From: an uncultured Candidatus Saccharibacteria bacterium
GTDB taxonomy: Bacteria > Patescibacteriota > Minisyncoccia > Phycocordibacterales > UBA1550
Assembly (NCBI GenBank): GCA_964642305.1
Contig: CAZXOE010000002.1
Span: 50,300-114,299, forward strand
Direction: 5' to 3'
DNA length: 64,000 bases
The notes beneath the pieces are model-generated. The model had not been told where the DNA came from. It did not search any database and saw only the letters and a program-made list of their open reading frames with translations. The position numbers and the translations under genes were made by a program. Shown one piece after another: positions 7,126 through 17,298 of the stretch. The stretch's first letter is position 1. Every line of letters begins with the position of its first letter.

Positions 7126-10113
7126 ATGACCAAAAAAGTAATATTATTACTCACGCTTTTACTAGCAACATCTGCATCTGCCTCAGCTTTCTCTTTCCCC
7201 ACCAACCTCAAACTAGGTAGCAGAGGAGAAGAAGTAAAGAACCTCCAAATACTACTAAACCAAGATCCAGATACTCAGATAGCAGTAAGTGGAGCAGGTT
7301 CCCCAAACAATGAAACAACATACTTCGGCCCAGCTACAAAAAGAGCTGTAATCAATTTCCAAAACAAATACAAACAGGAAACACTAACACCGATAGGACT
7401 CACAAAGGGTACAGGATTTGTAGGAGCGCTCACAAGAAAGAAGCTCTCTACAATGGGAACATCAGGAACAACAGTAACTACAACAACACCTACAACATCC
7501 TGCCTAACCAAATACGACCCCAAGACAGGCAAACTCTGTGTCACAACAACCTCCACAGCTGTACAAACCTGCCTAACCAAATATGACCCCAAGACAGGCA
7601 AGCTCTGCTCTCAAATTACAGGAACATCATCTAGCTCAGTAACACCATCATCTATTACTTCAAATATCATCTCCCCAACACCAGCATACTCATTCTCTGG
7701 AGGAGGTGGTGGGGGAGGATACACAACACCATCAACATCTCAGACACAAACTCCCACTCCCACAAACGGAGGATGGAGCGCGTATGGAACCTGCTCAGCA
7801 ACAGCTTGTGGAACAACAGGTAACAGAGTACGCACCTGCAACAACCCCACTCCTCTAAATGGTGGAGCATACTGCTCTGGAACATCATCAGAAACCTGCT
7901 CTGCTCCAGCATGTGGAGTAAACACCTACACACTCACAGCAACAGCTGGAGCAAATGGAGTCATCTCTCCTCTAGGTGGCACCACTGTATCTCAAGGTGG
8001 AAGCCAGACATATACAATTACACCCAATGCAGGATACCAACTCGCAACATTAACAATCGGTGGTGGCCCAGTAAGCCCTGTTAGTTCATACACATTCACA
8101 AATGTTCAGGGGGATAATACGATTAATGCGACGTTCAGCGCGATACCAGAAGGAGCAAACCCCATCACACTCTCTCTCATACCTGCTAGAACATCTGGAG
8201 TAGCTCCACTCTCCGTATTCTTTGATGCCACAGGAACTACAGATCCCACTATGACCTCTAGACCATTCCATGATCTAGAATACACATGGGACTTCGGAGA
8301 TCCATCATCAGGCACTTGGGCAAATGGAGCACAACCAAATGTAAGTAGCAAGAACACAGCCACTGGCCCAGTCTCAGCTCATGTGTTTGAAACCCCTGGT
8401 ACTTACACAGTTACTCTCACTGCTTTTGATGGAGTGAATACTAATACAACTAATACTACGATTACAGTAGATGATCCAGATGTTGTCTTTGCGGGGACAA
8501 ATACTATCTGTGTTAGTTCAAACACTACACCTACAGCAGGAGCAAATGGATGTCCAACAGGAGCTCAGACAGTGATGCAACCAAACTTCGCAACTGCAAT
8601 CAATACTTATGCACTTACTAATAGAAGAGTGCTGTTTAAGAGGGGGGATGTGTTTACTGGAACAACATACGGATGGTTAAAAGTTGATGGACCTGGGATT
8701 ATTGGAGCGTTTGGAATTGATCAGACTATTAAACCAATTGTGCGTATAACTATTTCTTCAACATATAATACTCCTTATCTAGCTTTATCAAATAATAATA
8801 CTGCAGGTATAAATGACTGGAGAATAATGGATTTAGAATTTGACGGTCTTGGTAATATAAAATCGCAAGGCATCAGTGCATTTGGAAGTATTGACCAAGT
8901 TACTATTTTACGTATGAATATGCATGATATAGGTGTTGGAATCCTTTTTGATCCACAAGTTTTAGATTATCAAAATAGTTCTAGTCAAGATATTTATGGC
9001 AATATAACTGTAACTAATTTTCCTCTTCCTCGACATATCTACGATGAAATTGCAATTGTAGATTCTACTTTGACACCAGTCAGACCCAGTGCTTACGGGT
9101 GGAGAATTTACGCAAGCGCTAAACATTTTTCTATTATGGGTAATACTCTTGGTAATGTGTTTGACGATACGTCAATGGGTTACCATACTATACGTAATAA
9201 CTATGCACATAAGTATGTGTTGTCGAATAATACTTTTTCCAAATCTAAAGGGCTTGCGCTTAAGTTGCATGCGCCGGCATGGTGTGACGCCACAAGTCTT
9301 ACAAATCAATGTCTATTTAATGCAGTGGCGAGTACAATGCCAACCCCAACTTATAGTTACCTCACTAACACTCAACCAGTTGTATCAGTAATGGGTCAGA
9401 CTGGTGGTTACTCCGAACAGATTATTATTTCCGATAATAAAATTATTGGTAATAGTATTGCTGGCGATCCACCAGTATATTTATTTAATGTTGGGCCACA
9501 AAATGATGCAAAAGATGAACGATTGAAGGATATAATTTTGGAACGCAATTTTTTCAAAGCTGGATTAAATACACAAGCAGCTCTAATCATAACAGGTAGG
9601 GAAATAACTGCGCGAAATAATATTTGCGATCTAACAGGTGGAACAAACGGAAGAACATGTATCGAAGTAAAGCCGTATAGCCCTATCAGTCCCGCTCCTT
9701 TCCCAAAGGACATTTGGGTATATAATAATACAGCCTATAATGGAGATGTTACGGCTATAAGTCAGCCATCATTTTCTGCTGTAAAGGTTGACTTAGGTGC
9801 TGTTGATGTTGCTGTGAAAAATAATTTGGGTTATTCTCCGCTTTCTTTTGCTAGTCTTACAAGATTGCTTTACAACCTTAGTGCTTGCACGCCTTCTTGT
9901 GTTGTTGAATCAAATAATTCCACTGATTCTCAAATAAAAAACACATCCCCAGCTTGGGCCTCCTCAACCCCATCAACCCCCGCCGACTTCCGCCTCACCT
10001 CAGATAGCTACGGTCTAAACACAGGAACAGCAGTAAAAGTCTTCTCCGACTTCTTCCGTAACCTAAGACCACAAGGTAGTGCATATGACATGGGAGCAAT
10101 AGAAGGACTCTAG
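7126..10113 (+). CDS. secreted multidomain protein: peptidoglycan-binding domain, thrombospondin type-1 repeat, PKD domain, right-handed beta-helix
   Basis: Signal peptide. PG_binding_1-like LKLGSRGEEVKNLQ...YFGPATKRAVINFQ. Two Cys-pair repeats (CLTKYDPKTGKLC). TSP1-like GGWSAYGTCSATACG..RVRTCNNP..GGAYCSG. PKD-like WDFGDPSSG...GTYTVTLTAFDG. Confidence 0.65.
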   Translation: MTKKVILLLTLLLATSASASAFSFPTNLKLGSRGEEVKNLQILLNQDPDTQIAVSGAGSPNNETTYFGPATKRAVINFQNKYKQETLTPIGLTKGTGFVGALTRKKLSTMGTSGTTVTTTTPTTSCLTKYDPKTGKLCVTTTSTAVQTCLTKYDPKTGKLCSQITGTSSSSVTPSSITSNIISPTPAYSFSGGGGGGGYTTPSTSQTQTPTPTNGGWSAYGTCSATACGTTGNRVRTCNNPTPLNGGAYCSGTSSETCSAPACGVNTYTLTATAGANGVISPLGGTTVSQGGSQTYTITPNAGYQLATLTIGGGPVSPVSSYTFTNVQGDNTINATFSAIPEGANPITLSLIPARTSGVAPLSVFFDATGTTDPTMTSRPFHDLEYTWDFGDPSSGTWANGAQPNVSSKNTATGPVSAHVFETPGTYTVTLTAFDGVNTNTTNTTITVDDPDVVFAGTNTICVSSNTTPTAGANGCPTGAQTVMQPNFATAINTYALTNRRVLFKRGDVFTGTTYGWLKVDGPGIIGAFGIDQTIKPIVRITISSTYNTPYLALSNNNTAGINDWRIMDLEFDGLGNIKSQGISAFGSIDQVTILRMNMHDIGVGILFDPQVLDYQNSSSQDIYGNITVTNFPLPRHIYDEIAIVDSTLTPVRPSAYGWRIYASAKHFSIMGNTLGNVFDDTSMGYHTIRNNYAHKYVLSNNTFSKSKGLALKLHAPAWCDATSLTNQCLFNAVASTMPTPTYSYLTNTQPVVSVMGQTGGYSEQIIISDNKIIGNSIAGDPPVYLFNVGPQNDAKDERLKDIILERNFFKAGLNTQAALIITGREITARNNICDLTGGTNGRTCIEVKPYSPISPAPFPKDIWVYNNTAYNGDVTAISQPSFSAVKVDLGAVDVAVKNNLGYSPLSFASLTRLLYNLSACTPSCVVESNNSTDSQIKNTSPAWASSTPSTPADFRLTSDSYGLNTGTAVKVFSDFFRNLRPQGSAYDMGAIEGL

Positions 10114-10206
10114 TCTGAAAGAATACAGATCAGAAAAGGGGTAATTTTGCATTGTAAAATTACCCCTTTTCATAATTTACCAATGGGGGTATAATACAAA
10201 TTACAT

Positions 10207-10584
10207 ATGACAAAGAAAATATTAATTATTGATGACGATAAGATTTTTTCAAAAATCCTTCGTGATGGACTTATTGCTGGTGGAGAAGGGAGATACGAGG
10301 TGCTTTCTGCTTTTGATGGTGAAGAAGGTTTTGAAGTGGCCTCAAAGGAAAGACCAGACCTCATTATGCTAGATATGATGATGCCAAAAGTTACAGGCAT
10401 TGAGTTTCTGCGAAAGTATCGCAAGGAGGAGTTTGGAAAGAACACTCCAGTCATCGTGGAAACACAGCTCTCTGATCTTGAAAAAATGAGCGAAGGGGTT
10501 GAGCTCGGGGTACGAGGTTATATTATTAAATCGGATTATTCTCTTGATACGATTTTGCGACAAGTGGATGATATTTTGAAATAA
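10207..10584 (+). CDS. single-domain response regulator (CheY-like receiver)
   Basis: ILIIDDD at the N-terminus and a DLIMLDMMMP phospho-acceptor region. 125 aa. Confidence 0.75.
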   Translation: MTKKILIIDDDKIFSKILRDGLIAGGEGRYEVLSAFDGEEGFEVASKERPDLIMLDMMMPKVTGIEFLRKYRKEEFGKNTPVIVETQLSDLEKMSEGVELGVRGYIIKSDYSLDTILRQVDDILK

Positions 10585-10636
10585 CAAGGGGAACAACCGG
10601 GACAGGGAGAACAATTAACAATTAACAATAAACAAA

Positions 10637-11440
10637 ATGATTGATGATTCAAAAATTAAATTATTTAAAGCGTTCACAGTTTTAGCAATGCTATCTGCTG
10701 TTCTTGTGGGCGCGATGATTATATCCGAGGTGAAAGGATACCGCTTTATTGGTGGCGGAGTATCTGCGACAAATACAATTTCAGTTTCTGGAGAAGGAGA
10801 AGTATTTGCTACGCCAGACATTGCAAATATATCGTTTACAGTTCGTGAAGAAGCTAAAAAGGTTTCTGATGCGCAAGATAAGGTTACTATAAAAATAAAA
10901 TCAGCTCTTGCGAGCGTGAGGAAGCTTGGTGTTGATGACAAAGATATTAAAACTCAAAACTACAGTTCATATCCAAAGTATGAATGGCAAGAGGGGACTG
11001 TAACGTGCTTGGCAATTGGTTGCCCGCCTTCTCGCCCTGGCAAGCAAGTGATTGTCGGGTATGAGGTTTCGCAAACAGTTACAATAAAAGTTCGCGACCT
11101 TGAAAAGGCAAATGCGATAGTTGATGGACTCGCGACTGTGGGTGTGACAGAAATGCAGGGTCCAAATTTTGCAATTGATGATGAAGATGGTTTGAAGGCG
11201 GAGGCTAGAAAGATTGCGATAGACAAAGCTCGCGCAAAAGCAGAAGTACTTGCGAAAGACCTCGGGGTCTCGCTTGTTCGCATAGTGTCGTTCTCGGAGG
11301 GAGGTTACTACCCAATGTATGCTCGTGCTACTATGGTAAGCATGGAAAAAGGAATCGGTGGAGACGTGGGAGCTCCTGAGATTCCTCAAGGAGAGGAAAA
11401 AATCACTTCAAGTGTGACTGTGACGTACGAGATTAGGTAA
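10637..11440 (+). CDS. SIMPL-domain (DUF541, YggE-like) periplasmic protein
   Basis: N-terminal TM, then the I/V..G.GEV...PD.A pattern and a SIMPL-like repeat organisation. Confidence 0.55.
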   Translation: MIDDSKIKLFKAFTVLAMLSAVLVGAMIISEVKGYRFIGGGVSATNTISVSGEGEVFATPDIANISFTVREEAKKVSDAQDKVTIKIKSALASVRKLGVDDKDIKTQNYSSYPKYEWQEGTVTCLAIGCPPSRPGKQVIVGYEVSQTVTIKVRDLEKANAIVDGLATVGVTEMQGPNFAIDDEDGLKAEARKIAIDKARAKAEVLAKDLGVSLVRIVSFSEGGYYPMYARATMVSMEKGIGGDVGAPEIPQGEEKITSSVTVTYEIR

Positions 11441-11639
11441 AATCAGGCGAAAGTCTGAATGTCAAAAGTAATCCTAAAGGGTGGGCGCCTACGGCGCCCA
11501 CCCTTTACTACGATTCCACCGTGGGTTTGCATTTTTTTGTAGTTATGGTATAATAAACATAGCAATAAAGTAGTACATTGTAGTAACTACACGGCAACAC
11601 GGCAATTTCTATTAAACTTATTCTTGAAGGAGATGCAAA

Positions 11640-12539
11640 ATGTCGAAAAGAGATGGTAAGAAAAAAAATGCTCAAAACCACCCACCTGATAGCTATAAAC
11701 CGAAACAAAGGGCTGTTATTGAAACACCACAAACCGACCCAGCAATACTTTGGAACGGTCTGAACGGCATAATGGAAATTCAAGGTATGCGCTTTCGTTC
11801 ATCGAAAAATAAACTCGATGGCGAAAGGTGTGGATCTCCGCAGATATCAGTGCTCTCTGCTCCAGCAGGGACTGAGCTCTACGGCCTTGCGGGTTCAAGT
11901 ATCTATGTAACAGTCTTGAAGTTGCGTTTGCCAACGTTTCAATCTAATTTCCCTGTTGTTTCAGTAGATTACAAACGTCAAGAACGTCTGTGGAACTTCC
12001 TGAACAAGGTCTTCATTGAAACCGGGCTGAAACAGGCACCAGCGCAGCGCAAACATGCAAAACCAATGGCAGTAAGGGAGCGGTGCCACAGCAATAAGCA
12101 AAACACGAAAGTGTCTAGCTCCATTGATGACCTTGTTTCAGGTGTTTTAGGTAGGTACTCGTTTGAAAAGAACGGGGAGCCACAGGCGTATTTCCAGATG
12201 AAAACTATGGAATACACGAGCTACAAAGCGCGCGAAAAAAAGCAAGTGCTCATAGTGGAGGCAGTATCCGTTAGTCCTGGTCACAAACTCTACGATTACG
12301 TGCGCACGAAACCTCGGAAGCCGTTTGTATTTCACGACCAGCTCTCCCGGGATAACGTGCCGAACTTCAAGGGTGACTACGCCGGAGATTCAGAAAAGAT
12401 GTGGGAATTCCTGACCGAGCTCATTGCGAAACATCGCAAGAACGTTCTCGGCGGGGAGACGGGCTTCGTGCCTCTGGGTGGCGAAGTGGTAGAAGGTGGC
12501 GCAGAGGTCATTTACCTGGCCGACCGACGTGCCGCTTAA
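11640..12539 (+). CDS. hypothetical protein, compositionally atypical (GC-rich)
   Basis: 299-aa ORF with visibly higher GC than its neighbours. Canonical SD (AAGGAG) before the ATG. Terminators on both sides. Confidence 0.45.
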   Translation: MSKRDGKKKNAQNHPPDSYKPKQRAVIETPQTDPAILWNGLNGIMEIQGMRFRSSKNKLDGERCGSPQISVLSAPAGTELYGLAGSSIYVTVLKLRLPTFQSNFPVVSVDYKRQERLWNFLNKVFIETGLKQAPAQRKHAKPMAVRERCHSNKQNTKVSSSIDDLVSGVLGRYSFEKNGEPQAYFQMKTMEYTSYKAREKKQVLIVEAVSVSPGHKLYDYVRTKPRKPFVFHDQLSRDNVPNFKGDYAGDSEKMWEFLTELIAKHRKNVLGGETGFVPLGGEVVEGGAEVIYLADRRAA

Positions 12540-12870
12540 GGCAGAAAATTGTATGATTTGGACTCCCCGAAATTGGGGGAGTTTTTGTTTATCCAATTCA
12601 TAAAGTTTTTTGACGATCATTGACTTTTCCACACCCAAAGAGTATAGTAGGCGAAAGCCCTGCGGGGCTGTTTTTTTAGATAAGATATAACTGGGTACAA
12701 TATTTTAACAGCATTCGGACGCTGTGCAAGAGAGTACTCTCCCACGCGCTCCTCATTCGTCAAAATAACGAGCGAAGCGACATTAGAGTATCTACCCGCC
12801 AAAATTTTTCGTAGAAAAACTTAGGCGGGTGTGATTTCCAACTTCGCTTAACTCAAAGAAAATCAACATC

Positions 12871-13053
12871 ATGTCATTTATCCAATACATCAAAGAATCA
12901 AAGGGTGAGCTTGCTCATGTTACTTGGCCAACACGCAAGCAAACCATTGCTTTTACAATTCTCGTCATTGTGCTATCGATTCTGACGTCGCTTTACTTAG
13001 GAGCATTTGACACGTTGTTCACTACAATTATGAAAACGTTTTTCGTTCGCTAA
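12871..13053 (+). CDS. secE: preprotein translocase subunit SecE
   Basis: 60-aa single-TM protein immediately upstream of nusG, the conserved secE-nusG-rplK order. Confidence 0.7.
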   Translation: MSFIQYIKESKGELAHVTWPTRKQTIAFTILVIVLSILTSLYLGAFDTLFTTIMKTFFVR

Positions 13054-13072
13054 TTTTTTAATTTCACAAAAC

Positions 13073-13618
13073 ATGGCAAAACAAGAAACAACAGGCGAGC
13101 GCAATTGGTACGCAATCCACACATACGTGGGTTACGAAAACGCTGTACTCCGCAATTTAAAACAACGCATTGAGTCCCTCGGCATGGAGGACAAGATTTT
13201 TAATGTGCTTGTTCCTATGGAGAAGAAAATCAAGGTGAAAGGCGCGAAGCGTGTGGAAGTAGAGGAGAAAATTTACCCAGGATACATTCTTGTGGATATG
13301 ATTGTGACCGACGACTCGTGGTATGTGGTTCGCAACACCCCTCGCGTAACTGGTTTTGTTGGTGCTGGTGTAACCCCGGTTCCTCTTGCAAAACACGAAG
13401 CAGATGCGCTCTTCGCGCGCATGTCAGAAAGTACTCCAAAGCACAATGTTGACCTTGTGGTTGGCGACCAAGTTACTATTGTTGACGGCCCATTCAAGGA
13501 TCTTGAAGGCAAGGTTGCCGAAGTGGACGGCGAACGTGGTCGCGCAAAGGTACTTGTCTCAATGTTTGGTCGTGAGACACCTGTGGAGCTTGATTTCCTC
13601 CAGATTCATAAGATTTAA
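13073..13618 (+). CDS. nusG: transcription termination/antitermination factor NusG
   Basis: NGN domain (WYAIHTYVGYENAV) and a C-terminal KOW (GDQVTIVDGPFKDLEGKV). Confidence 0.85.
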   Translation: MAKQETTGERNWYAIHTYVGYENAVLRNLKQRIESLGMEDKIFNVLVPMEKKIKVKGAKRVEVEEKIYPGYILVDMIVTDDSWYVVRNTPRVTGFVGAGVTPVPLAKHEADALFARMSESTPKHNVDLVVGDQVTIVDGPFKDLEGKVAEVDGERGRAKVLVSMFGRETPVELDFLQIHKI

Positions 13619-13688
13619 TCCCTAGAAACTAACCGCTTGAAAAATCTCCCGAACTAAGGTAGACTCAACAAATTCCAATATTAATACT

Positions 13689-14114
13689 ATGGCAAAGAAA
13701 ATAACAAAAAAAGTAAAGGTAGTGATTCCCGCAGGCAAGGCAACTCCGGCGCCTCCTTTGGGGCCCGCTCTTGGTCAGGCAGGCGTGAATATCGGTGAGT
13801 TCGTTACCAAGTTCAACGATGCAACCAAGGACAAAATGGGGGATATGGTTCCAACTGTGATTACAGTATACGAGGATCGTACATTTACTTTTGTGATGAA
13901 AACTCCTCCAGCGTCAGGTCTTGTTATCAAGGCATCTGGAGTAGCTGGTGGCTCAAAGAAGCCAGGCACGAGCAAAGTTGGATCAATTACAAAAGCTCAG
14001 CTTCGTGAAATCGCAGAAAAGAAAATGCCTGACCTTTCCGCAAACGATGTGGAGGCAGCAATGAAAATCATCGCCGGAACAGCACGTTCAGCAGGAATCG
14101 AAGTTAAGGGTTAG
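13689..14114 (+). CDS. rplK: 50S ribosomal protein L11
   Basis: [22 protein letters not shown] is the L11 signature. Confidence 0.9.
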   Translation: MAKKITKKVKVVIPAGKATPAPPLGPALGQAGVNIGEFVTKFNDATKDKMGDMVPTVITVYEDRTFTFVMKTPPASGLVIKASGVAGGSKKPGTSKVGSITKAQLREIAEKKMPDLSANDVEAAMKIIAGTARSAGIEVKG

Positions 14115-14116
14115 TA

Positions 14117-14152
14117 TTAAAAAAGACCGCTCAAAAGGCGGTTTTTTGTTAC
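14117..14152 (+). terminator. intrinsic terminator after rplK
   Basis: gaccgc-tcaaaag-gcggt followed by TTTTTT. No rplA follows. Confidence 0.5.
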
Positions 14153-14203
14153 TTTGAGACCTCCTAACCATTGTGTATACTATAGTTCTAATCATATAAA
14201 CAT

Positions 14204-14815
14204 ATGGCATCCTTCGAAAATAAAAGAAAGAATCCATCCTCATCAAATATTAGGTTTGGTGAGGCCAGGGTCATTCACGATTTACAAGAACTTAAAACCG
14301 TAGTTAAGGGTTTTCAAGATGCTGGCTTGAAAATTGTATTCACTCAAGGCGTCTATGACCTACTTCATGAAGGGCACGGTAAGTATCTTGAGTTAGCAAA
14401 AGAGCAGGGTGATATTTTGGTTGTGGGTATTGATAGTGATGAGCTTACTCGTAAACGAAAAGGCCAAAATCGCCCCGTAGTTCCTGAAGATGAAAGAATC
14501 AGAATGCTTACTTTTTTGCGTTCTGTGGACATTGTTACATTGAGAACGTTGTCAGAGACAGAAAAGGATATGGGTTATCTACACAAAGCAATCCGTCCAG
14601 ATGTTTTTGTGATGTCTAAAACGACAAAAGATTGGCCAATTGAACAACAAAGAGAAACAGAAAAACATGTCGGAAAGATTAAAATTTTTAAGCCACAAGC
14701 GGAAACGTCTAGCAGTGCCAGAATCCGCCATTTGATGATTGATGGAGCAACCGGCCTCGGTGAGAGAATCAATGATTTAGTACGAGAGTATTACGACGAA
14801 ATTAAAAAAATATAA
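14204..14815 (+). CDS. cytidylyltransferase-like nucleotidyltransferase (HxGH motif)
   Basis: FTQGVYDLLHEGHGKYL resembles the RfaE-domain-II/TagD-type HIGH nucleotidyltransferases. Confidence 0.5.
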   Translation: MASFENKRKNPSSSNIRFGEARVIHDLQELKTVVKGFQDAGLKIVFTQGVYDLLHEGHGKYLELAKEQGDILVVGIDSDELTRKRKGQNRPVVPEDERIRMLTFLRSVDIVTLRTLSETEKDMGYLHKAIRPDVFVMSKTTKDWPIEQQRETEKHVGKIKIFKPQAETSSSARIRHLMIDGATGLGERINDLVREYYDEIKKI

Positions 14816-15663
14816 TGAAAAAACGTTCTGCAGTTATTGCATTTATTCCAGTTATACACAGAGGTTATATTGATTTTATAAAAAAAACCGGTGTAACTTC
14901 TTTGTATTTACTTGAAGCATCAGATGCACCTGAGTTAGATTATCTTTCACGAGAAATACGAGCACTTACATACGAAGAAGCAAAAAAACTTTTATCTGCA
15001 CTTGGCCTTGAAGTGCATAAGTTTTCTAAGCATGTAGAAGAGCTTTCTGTTTCGGATATCGAGCTTTATATGCCAAACGAGGATATTTGCCATAGTGTGC
15101 AAGAACGTTTTTTAAAAAAGAAGAACATAATATTTATTGATACTTTTTTGCGTTGGGACTGGAACAAAACAGTTGGCTTCACATTAGCTATTCCGGAGGC
15201 AGATAGAATTGTAAAAAAGGACACAAAAGAGGCTCTAGAAGTATCAAAATATATGGGTGAACTTTTTAAGCAAGTGAATAATAGTTCAGATTGGTGGAGA
15301 CAGATTTCAGCTACTATAGTTAGTAACGAAAATAAGGTTATCACGGCCTACAATAAGCATCTCCCGAATGAATACGTTCCTTATATAGATGGAGACCCAA
15401 GAAATAATTTTAAACCAGGAGAGCACGTTGATTTGTATACATCACTTCATGGCGAAGCAGCTACAATAGCTGAAGCAGCAAGAAAAGGAATTTCACTTGA
15501 TAATGCAGAGATGTACGTAACAACATTTCCTTGTTCTCTTTGCGCGAGTCAAATAGCTGCATCGGGAATAAAAAAAGTATTTTTTACTGGAGGGTATTCA
15601 AATCTTAATGGAGTAAAGACTATGCGCGACGCAGGAGTCGAACTTATCTACATAGAGCAATAG
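14815..15663 (+). CDS. CMP/dCMP-deaminase zinc-binding domain protein with a ~170-aa N-terminal extension
   Basis: C-terminal HGEAATIAEA...PCSLCASQI (H-x-E, PC-x-x-C). The N-terminal half is unassigned. Confidence 0.6.
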   Translation: MKKRSAVIAFIPVIHRGYIDFIKKTGVTSLYLLEASDAPELDYLSREIRALTYEEAKKLLSALGLEVHKFSKHVEELSVSDIELYMPNEDICHSVQERFLKKKNIIFIDTFLRWDWNKTVGFTLAIPEADRIVKKDTKEALEVSKYMGELFKQVNNSSDWWRQISATIVSNENKVITAYNKHLPNEYVPYIDGDPRNNFKPGEHVDLYTSLHGEAATIAEAARKGISLDNAEMYVTTFPCSLCASQIAASGIKKVFFTGGYSNLNGVKTMRDAGVELIYIEQ

Positions 15664-15732
15664 CTAGTTTATAGAAACTAAAAATGACCGACAGAATTAA
15701 CTGACGGCCATTTTGTTTTCTATGGATTTAAA

Positions 15733-16233
15733 TTACTTACTTGAATCTTTATATCCTGCAAAGAGAAGCAGGGGTTCACTATTTTTGCCCTTCTTTTTTA
15801 CTCCCAACACAAAGTGCAAATGGAAGTGATTTACGCTACCACCTGTGTAATGTGTGTCACCAAAGCGAACTAAAAGAACACCAGCAGGTAGAGAAAATTT
15901 CTTCTCCAGTTTCTTTGTAATCTGAACAAGCTCAGTGAGTGCGGGAGTTTTTAATTCCGAAAAGGAAACAATGTGTTTACGGTGAACCAAAAGGAAATGA
16001 TGCTGGGTTCCCGCGTATGCGTTAAAGTTCTCAGTCACCACCCAATGCGTGCCGTGAAAAAGAATAGGTTTTGTGTGGTACTTAGGAACCGTCGTTTTTG
16101 AAGCAAAATCTACACAAAAAGGACAGACTTTGTCGCGTACAATTTGTTCATACACAGGTCTCTTTTCTCGCGCATGCGCTACATTTACTGTTGATTTGGT
16201 TTTTTTCATGAAGGGCTCCTTATGTGGGTACAT
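15733..16233 (-). CDS. HIT-family (histidine triad) protein
   Basis: HFHLHFVLG histidine-triad motif; CPFC is upstream. Confidence 0.65.
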   Translation of the reverse strand: MYPHKEPFMKKTKSTVNVAHAREKRPVYEQIVRDKVCPFCVDFASKTTVPKYHTKPILFHGTHWVVTENFNAYAGTQHHFLLVHRKHIVSFSELKTPALTELVQITKKLEKKFSLPAGVLLVRFGDTHYTGGSVNHFHLHFVLGVKKKGKNSEPLLLFAGYKDSSK

Positions 16234-16236
16234 TAG

Positions 16237-16258
16237 CTTTTTGATTTATATCAGAAAA
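16237..16258. promoter_or_regulatory. 22-bp palindromic operator-like site CTTTTTGAT-ttat-ATCAGAAAA
   Basis: 20/22 identical to a second site at 17299-17320. The two sites flank thyA. Confidence 0.45.
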
Positions 16259-16332
16259 CTGAGCCCTTGCCAATGTTTTCATAATAAAACATCCCCGCTC
16301 TTGATAGGGAGGGGATGAGTGTTTTTAATTAT

Positions 16333-17247
16333 TTATACCGGAGTCGGTATGGTCATTTTTGGGTGTGCTTCGTAGTCCGTAAGGGTAAAATCCTTTGGTC
16401 TGAAGTCAACGATGTTTCCATTCCCCTCTGCTAGGGTGACTGTTCCAAAAGGCATTGGCTCGCGGGCTATGAGCTCCTGTACAAATGGATACTGCTCCTC
16501 GTATATGTGTACATCATTGAAAGTGTAAACAAGTTCAACAAACGTATACCCAAGGATTTGCGCCAGCATCATTCCAAATGCTCCGTATTGAATGACGTTA
16601 AAAGCCCATCCAACCGGCAAATCACCGCTTCTTTGCATGTGGTGAATGGTGAGTTCCTTTGTGTCGGGATCAGTGAGAATATAAATATCCCCATGACACG
16701 GAGCAACTACCACTTTCCTTGTACCGTTGGGCCCAATAATTTCCGGTGGATACCAATTTGTAATACGGTGAGTTCGGAGGTGTGGTGCGCGTTTGATTTG
16801 TTCAACAACCGCGGTGATTTGGTTGAATTCACCACCGTCCCTTTTGGGAAATCTTGTCCAAACTGCACCATATGATGCTGTTCCAAGATCACCTTTAGGA
16901 AGACCAAAAATCGCACATTTTTCCTTCGTTACCCAACGGTCCCACCACTTGGGATTCATTCCAAATGATACGAGCTCATCGAGAGTTTGCGCTCCATTGA
17001 GAAAACCGATATGCTCGGCAATCGCACCACGAAACATTCCTTCGGTGATTTCACGAAGATTGATTACAGGGAAACCATTTTTCATCTTGTAGTGGAATTG
17101 AGCACCTGCAATCATTTTTGCCTCGCCTCCTTGAATAGGGCGGACAATTCTACCTTCCCTCATAATCTTTTCAAGAAGGTTTCTGTATTGAAAGTCTGGA
17201 ACCCTCTGATCAAGAGGAAGATATTTTATAACTGGAGGTGTTTTCAT
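16333..17247 (-). CDS. thyA: thymidylate synthase
   Basis: Active-site region VVAPCHGDIYIL...QRSGDLPVGWAFNV (PCH / QRS.D motifs). Confidence 0.85.
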   Translation of the reverse strand: MKTPPVIKYLPLDQRVPDFQYRNLLEKIMREGRIVRPIQGGEAKMIAGAQFHYKMKNGFPVINLREITEGMFRGAIAEHIGFLNGAQTLDELVSFGMNPKWWDRWVTKEKCAIFGLPKGDLGTASYGAVWTRFPKRDGGEFNQITAVVEQIKRAPHLRTHRITNWYPPEIIGPNGTRKVVVAPCHGDIYILTDPDTKELTIHHMQRSGDLPVGWAFNVIQYGAFGMMLAQILGYTFVELVYTFNDVHIYEEQYPFVQELIAREPMPFGTVTLAEGNGNIVDFRPKDFTLTDYEAHPKMTIPTPV

Positions 17248-17298
17248 TTTTTTGGTTCCTTAAGTAGGTGGTTAGGGTAATCACATGTATCTTACTAT

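Noticed and set aside
12540-12870. tRNA gene upstream of secE (the common tRNA-Trp position)
   Set aside because: No cloverleaf-compatible sequence and no T-loop GGTTCRANYCC on either strand. None found elsewhere in the window either.
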